Assembly (NCBI GenBank): GCA_041304525.1
Contig: JBFYNF010000106.1
Span: forward strand, 1 to 50,300
Length of the DNA stretch: 50,300 nt
Source of the DNA: Thermoplasmata archaeon
GTDB taxonomy: Archaea > Thermoplasmatota > Thermoplasmata > UBA10834
Direction of reading: 5' to 3'
The position numbers were made by a program, and so were the translations under genes. The notes beneath the pieces were generated by a model. It was given only the letters and a program-made list of their open reading frames with translations, was not told the origin of the DNA and ran no database searches. Positions 45,722 through 50,300 of this stretch are shown here, one piece after another (the stretch's first letter is position 1; each line of letters opens with the position of its first letter).

Positions 45722-47176
45722 TCAGTGCCTGTGCGCCGCCACTACCTCGTCCATCCTCTGGGCTATGCTGGAGTCGATAGGGTCCGTCCTGTGTGTCGCG
45801 AGTACCTTCTTGACGCGCTCTTTGGCCATCCTCACCATCTCGCGCTGGTCCTTCTCGAGCCCGTATGATCCGAACACCTCGGCTCTGTCCTTCTCTGGAA
45901 GGAACAGTTCCCTGCGCATGTTCCTGATGGTGTGAGGCACTCCCAGGAAGTTGCCTCCTGGCCCGACGGACGCGATCAGGTCGTTCGCGAAGTGCTCCTT
46001 GTCGAACTTGACATCGGACCTCACTTCCCTGAAGGATTCCCAGATATCGCTGTCTATGACGATCTGTTCGAGCGATGCCCCCTTGGCCTGGTCAAGCCCT
46101 CCTAGGCCGGAAGAGAAGTCCGTCAGCGACATGTTAGTCATCGCTGAGAATATGAGTTCCGAGGGGTCGACTGTGATGCCCGGCTTGTCGCCGTGCAGGC
46201 CAACGCCGAAGCTCCCGACCATCGTCGGGGCGCCGTATCGCTTGGCCATCTGACCGACCGCGGCTGCGATCAGCGCCTCCTCCCTGGCGCCATAGTGTAT
46301 CTCCCCTGTCTTCATGTTGATGACGCTCGATTCGGAACTGTAGACCACGGGCGCCCCAGGCTTGGCCAGCTGTGATATCGCGAAGCTCGCAAGGTTCTCT
46401 GCGTTCACGATCGATATGGCTGATGCCAGAGTGACAGGCGCAGTCAAGCCACAGAGCGCCATCGACATGGACACCACCGGTATCCCTGCCTGGGCGAACT
46501 CCATCACTGCTTCGACCGAACCCCTCTCGAACTCCAGCGGGCAGATAGGGCACTGGATGACCGAGAACAGCGGGCTCTTCGCGAGCGCGTCCTCTCCTCC
46601 AGCAACGAGTGCTGCGACCTTCACCATGTCCCTTGCCTCTTCGGCGGACATCGCCTCTCCCTGGATGTGCTTTGTCGTCCCTTTCATCGAGATGACGAGC
46701 TCGTTCAGGCCGTGCATGTGCTCGGGCCCATCGTGCGCCGTGACTATAGGCCAGACATAGTCCAGCCCATCGGTTGCGTCGCAGAGCGTCATGAAATCGA
46801 GCAGGTCCTTGCCCTGAGTCGGCCGTCTCTCGCCCGTCTCCAGGTCCGTCATGTAGACCGCGGTTCCGTTGGTCGCCATGAACGGTGGTCCGTGCCTGGG
46901 CGCCCTCATGCCCCTCTTCGGGTCTCGCGCGCCCAAGAGGACCTCCTTCGGCGTCTTACGGATGGTCTCCTCGACCAGCTCTTCGGGTATGCAGGCCCGC
47001 ATGGATTTGAAGTCGACCAGTGCGCCCCCGTCCTCCAGGAGCCTGAGCGCCTTCTCGCTTCCGACCTTGATGCCTGGCTTGCTGAGGATCGTCAGTGTGT
47101 TCTCATGCACAAGCTCGATCTCTTCCTTAGTGAGAATACTTATCTGGCCCGAGGCCATTATCCCGCTCCAGGGCAT
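45722..47176 (-). CDS. MttB-superfamily (trimethylamine-methyltransferase-like) protein, non-pyrrolysine type
   Basis: 484 aa and uninterrupted, with no in-frame TAG. The N-terminus LTKEEIELVHENTLTILSKPGIKV is typical of MttB/MtgB proteins. The start may be ATG 47158. Confidence 0.8.
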   Translation of the reverse strand: MPWSGIMASGQISILTKEEIELVHENTLTILSKPGIKVGSEKALRLLEDGGALVDFKSMRACIPEELVEETIRKTPKEVLLGARDPKRGMRAPRHGPPFMATNGTAVYMTDLETGERRPTQGKDLLDFMTLCDATDGLDYVWPIVTAHDGPEHMHGLNELVISMKGTTKHIQGEAMSAEEARDMVKVAALVAGGEDALAKSPLFSVIQCPICPLEFERGSVEAVMEFAQAGIPVVSMSMALCGLTAPVTLASAISIVNAENLASFAISQLAKPGAPVVYSSESSVINMKTGEIHYGAREEALIAAAVGQMAKRYGAPTMVGSFGVGLHGDKPGITVDPSELIFSAMTNMSLTDFSSGLGGLDQAKGASLEQIVIDSDIWESFREVRSDVKFDKEHFANDLIASVGPGGNFLGVPHTIRNMRRELFLPEKDRAEVFGSYGLEKDQREMVRMAKERVKKVLATHRTDPIDSSIAQRMDEVVAAHRH

Positions 47177-47272
47177 GAATGACAGGGAGGTTAATTATAC
47201 CATCCGGTTGTCATGTCACCGCCCCTTTGTAACCGCTTCCATACGAGCCAGGGAGAACGATGATTCAGGAGC

Positions 47273-48511
47273 GTGAGTCAGGTGCTGGAAGACCTTAAGA
47301 AGGCCCCGAGGGCGTTCAAAGTGCTTGTAGTGAGCGCCCTCGTCGAGAACATGGCATTCGGGCTGGTCATCCCATATCTGGCACTGTTCATGCTGAACGA
47401 CCTCATGCTCGCCCTTCCATTGATTGGTGTCGTACTCGCGGGCTACACCGTCGCGGGCATGCCCTCGACGATCATCGGCGGAATGCTCGCGGACAGGATC
47501 GGGCGGAAGATCGTGCTCGTGTCCAGCCTCGGCCTGATGTCGGCGACGATGCTGATGTACTTCTTCGTTGACAGCTTCGAGGCGTTGCTCATCGTCGCTG
47601 TCGCAGACTCTTTCGTGGGATACCTCTACATGCCAGCCGCGAACGCGATGATAGCCGATGTCATCCCATCCCCAGACAGGCCAAGGGCCTACAGCACGCT
47701 CAGGATATCATGGAACGTCGGCGTCATATTCGGCCCCGTCATAGGCGCCCTCATCGTCGCCGCGTACTCGATGCGTCTTCTGTTCGTGTTCGGGAGCGCC
47801 ATACTCGCCATCGCCTGCATCATGAACACCGTGCTCATCCGTGAGACGAAGCCCAAGGACACGGGCGAGACCATCACCTTCAGGAAGGTCATGAACGTCG
47901 CATCCGACCATCCGTTCCTGCTTCTGAGCGGGCTCACAGCGGTGTTCTGGTTCTTCTTCTCGCAATGGCTCTCGGTCCTGCCGATCTACGCGAACGGGGA
48001 GCTAGGGGTGGACGAAGCGGCCTTCGGCCTCCTGTTCGCCGTGAGCGCCCTGATGACCGTGGCATTTCAACTCTGGGTCACCAGCAGGGTGACGAACTAT
48101 AGGCGCTCGAGGATCCTCCTCACGGGTCACCTGGTGGCATCCCTAGGCTTTGCCCTCGTGTTCTTCGCGACAGAATTCTACACGCTTCTCGCATGCATCG
48201 TGGTGATCACTCTCGGTGAGATAGTGTTCATGTCAGTCGTATCGGCCATAATCGCCGACCTAGCTCCAGCGGCAAAGAGGGGGATATACATGGGCTTCTC
48301 GGGCCTGATCCAGACGATGGGCGGAGGCATAGGCATGCTGTTCGGCACTTGGCTCCTGGATATACTGCCGGACAAGGCCTTCGTCTGGCTCGCGTTCGGA
48401 GGGATAGGTGCGATGTCAGCGGTCGGCTATCCCATCTTCGCGAGGATCGTACGTCCGGACGTCGAGAACCCCAAGGTCAGGTCCGTCAAGACGGAGCCGA
48501 TGCTGGACTGA
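47273..48511 (+). CDS. MFS transporter
   Basis: 12 TM helices. The loop 2-3 signature is GGMLADRIGRKIVL. GTG start. Confidence 0.8.
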   Translation: MSQVLEDLKKAPRAFKVLVVSALVENMAFGLVIPYLALFMLNDLMLALPLIGVVLAGYTVAGMPSTIIGGMLADRIGRKIVLVSSLGLMSATMLMYFFVDSFEALLIVAVADSFVGYLYMPAANAMIADVIPSPDRPRAYSTLRISWNVGVIFGPVIGALIVAAYSMRLLFVFGSAILAIACIMNTVLIRETKPKDTGETITFRKVMNVASDHPFLLLSGLTAVFWFFFSQWLSVLPIYANGELGVDEAAFGLLFAVSALMTVAFQLWVTSRVTNYRRSRILLTGHLVASLGFALVFFATEFYTLLACIVVITLGEIVFMSVVSAIIADLAPAAKRGIYMGFSGLIQTMGGGIGMLFGTWLLDILPDKAFVWLAFGGIGAMSAVGYPIFARIVRPDVENPKVRSVKTEPMLD

Positions 48512-48574
48512 ATCATCGATGCAAAACAGTTGAAGGGGTTTTTGGAGTTTGTGTCGTCCGAGCAGATGCTGGAC

Positions 48575-49120
48575 TCAGAACCTTCTGCGGCCCTTGTTCA
48601 TGTAGCTGGGCCTGTCGTCGCTTCTCTCGCGTCCGCCGCTGCCGAAGTCGCGCCTGCCGCCCCGGTCGCCGCCGCCGCTGCGTGGCCTGCCGCCACGGTC
48701 GCCGCCGCCACTGTACTGCCTGCGCTCCTGCTCGTACTCCTTCTCGCTCATGTTCGGCTCGTTCGCGGTCGTGTCGAGGGTCTTCTCGGCCTTCGACAGC
48801 TGGCCGTACTTGCCGACATTCAGGCGCATGTGCCCTCTTACGAGGGACACGTACCCGTTCTTCACAGCGAGTGTGTCCTCCTTCGCGATGGTCCCGATCT
48901 GGTCGTCCCACAGGGACATGACGATCGAGCCCGATTCGTCAGCCAACGTCGCCTCGGCAACCCTTCTCGTGTTGCCGAACCGGCCGGGTATGTCCTTCGG
49001 CTCGCTTACATCCAGGCACTTGGCCAGGACATCTACCCTCTTGGACTGCGGGTTGAGGTCCTTGATCTTCGTCTCTACGCTCTGGCCCTCTTCAGGGGCA
49101 CTTACAACGCTCTCTTCCAT
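48575..49120 (-). CDS. ssb: Single-OB-fold ssDNA-binding protein with a C-terminal RGG-repeat tail (crenarchaeal-type SSB)
   Basis: ATG 49120 (M46 of the track ORF). The OB core reads VDVLAKCLDVSEPKD...RVAEATLADESGSIVMSLWDDQ...VKNGYV...RLNVGKYGQL. The tail reads GGGDRGGRPRSGGGDRGGRRDFGSGGRER. Confidence 0.7.
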   Translation of the reverse strand: MEESVVSAPEEGQSVETKIKDLNPQSKRVDVLAKCLDVSEPKDIPGRFGNTRRVAEATLADESGSIVMSLWDDQIGTIAKEDTLAVKNGYVSLVRGHMRLNVGKYGQLSKAEKTLDTTANEPNMSEKEYEQERRQYSGGGDRGGRPRSGGGDRGGRRDFGSGGRERSDDRPSYMNKGRRRF

Positions 49121-49538
49121 GTCTATTCTTCCTTTTTGGTGTGCAGAATTGCATTCCGTCGCGGCTACGCGGAAAATCAAACTTCTGGCGTAAAAACATC
49201 GCGCTGTTCGGCTTTTCCCGTGTCGTTCGGCACACAACTCGTGCTGGGTACCCATTTATTCCGGTCATTATTAATAACCTTCGCCGCTACCGTCCCTCCG
49301 GCACTGTGCCGGAGTACCTGGGTACTATCCCGCTCAACCCGTGTCAGTGTGGGTTCCGTGATGGGAAAGTGCTAAATATACACCATGCGTACGCCGTTTG
49401 CGTTTGAGCAGAAAGACGCCATTGGGAGCCTTTGAGGTACATCTGCGCACCACACGCGACACCAGTGCTGTGGTATCCCAGGGTGCTTTCGCTCTTGATT
49501 TCGAAGGGGCCAGAAGGGACTTCTGTTCCTGAGGGGGG

Positions 49539-50300
49539 ATGCACGTGGAAAGCGCTGATGTAGGGCGGGCCATTTCTCCCGAACCCTCCCGCTCTGCCCG
49601 GACTGCTTTTCCCGCCAAGGAGGAGCCTCCTGAAGGCATCCTGCGCCAGGGTCTCCTCAAATCCGGTATCAAGCACGCCAGGATCGTGACATCCTCGGGC
49701 GAGAGGATGCTTTATTCGAGGGACCAGTCGGAGATACCGCACTTCCTGAAGCAGATCCTGTTCGACCCGATGCCCGAGGTCGTCGTTCAGGCGGAATCGG
49801 ATGAGGGCGTCCTCGAAGTGCTCAAATTCGCATCGGAGACCGGCATATCGGTCATACCCAGGGGCGCGGGCTCGTCTCCGTTCGGCGGCTCAATGCCCGT
49901 CCGAGGAGGGATCGTGCTCGACGTGTCCAGGATGGACGAGGTCCTTGTCATCGATGAGGCTGCCAGGACCGTGACGGTCCAGACGGGGGTGCGCTGGGCG
50001 GACCTCGACAACGAGCTCGGCAAGAAAAGCCTCACACTGATGACATGCCCATCGAGCAAGTTCTCGACCGTCGGAGGTTGGGTCGCCACAGGTGGCATAG
50101 GCATGAACAGTTACTCGAGAGGCCACTTGATGGCGAACGTGCTCTCGCTCGAGCTCGCTACACCGAGGAGCGGTATCGTCAGGCTCACTCAGGCGGACAA
50201 GGAGTTCCCGCTGGTCTTCGGCAGCGAAGGACAGCTGGGGGTCGTCACTTCGGTCACGCTCCAGGTGAAGCCGATAGCCAGATCGGAAGAGCGTTGTAGG
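49539..50300 (+). CDS. FAD-binding oxidase (PCMH-type, GlcD/D-lactate dehydrogenase-like), N-terminal 254 aa; runs off the right window edge
   Basis: Absent from the track because no stop lies in the window. ATG 49539 follows GAGGGGGG. The translation reads ...MLYSRDQSEIPHFLKQILFDPMPEVVVQAESDEGVLEVLKFASETGISVIPRGAGSSPFGGS...TVGGWVATGGIGMNSY...GSEGQLGVVT. Confidence 0.8.
   Translation, partial: MHVESADVGRAISPEPSRSARTAFPAKEEPPEGILRQGLLKSGIKHARIVTSSGERMLYSRDQSEIPHFLKQILFDPMPEVVVQAESDEGVLEVLKFASETGISVIPRGAGSSPFGGSMPVRGGIVLDVSRMDEVLVIDEAARTVTVQTGVRWADLDNELGKKSLTLMTCPSSKFSTVGGWVATGGIGMNSYSRGHLMANVLSLELATPRSGIVRLTQADKEFPLVFGSEGQLGVVTSVTLQVKPIARSEERCR

Noticed and set aside
45722-47176. Pyrrolysine (in-frame TAG) read-through in the MttB-like gene
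   Set aside because: The ORF is continuous for 484 aa with no internal TAG. TAG is also used as an ordinary stop by nearby genes (DUF89, NYN, OsmC). It is therefore a non-Pyl member.

Overview
High-GC (about 60-68% in genes) archaeal chromosome segment. The archaeal call rests on topoisomerase VI A/B, a DRG-type GTPase, a single-OB SSB with an RGG tail, a two-CxxC protein-disulfide oxidoreductase, and AT-rich TATA-like boxes upstream of starts. Gene content and heavy AGG-Arg codon use look Thermoplasmata-like, but that is inference only. I support about 49 protein-coding genes. I recognised no rRNA, tRNA, CRISPR array, transposase or integrase. Many long ORFs in the track are GC-driven antisense or out-of-frame artefacts. 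Several true starts lie downstream of the longest ORF, and some appear to be GTG or TTG. Two edge genes are missing from the track because they have no stop inside the window: 1-609(-) and 49539-50300(+). Layout: (a) 0-5 kb holds an SSF transporter, a CBS-HPF-like protein, superoxide reductase, a DUF3800 islet and an HdrD/GlcF-like Fe-S protein. (b) 5.3-16 kb is a cell-envelope accessory block: two FtsX-type permeases with CARDB ectodomains and no ATPase, zinc-ribbon membrane proteins, a TNG-repeat/LTD/PEF-CTERM-like surface protein and a TPR membrane protein. (c) 16-35 kb is mostly housekeeping (top6AB, arcC, DRG, hisS, gdhA), interrupted by a low-GC NYN islet and paralogous membrane proteins. 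(d) 35-50 kb holds an osmC-pdo-unknown operon, aspA, an aldolase/ADH pair, a non-Pyl MttB cluster with an MFS transporter, ssb and an FAD oxidase. My best candidates for something undescribed are the following. 1) The 4xCBS protein fused to an HPF/RaiA-like ribosome-hibernation fold (1114-2265). 2) The ATPase-less FtsX/CARDB pair together with the surrounding surface-protein block. 3) The corrinoid-less non-Pyl MttB cluster. 4) The NYN+zinc-ribbon and DUF3800 single-gene islets. All family assignments come from motif recognition by eye. No searches were run.
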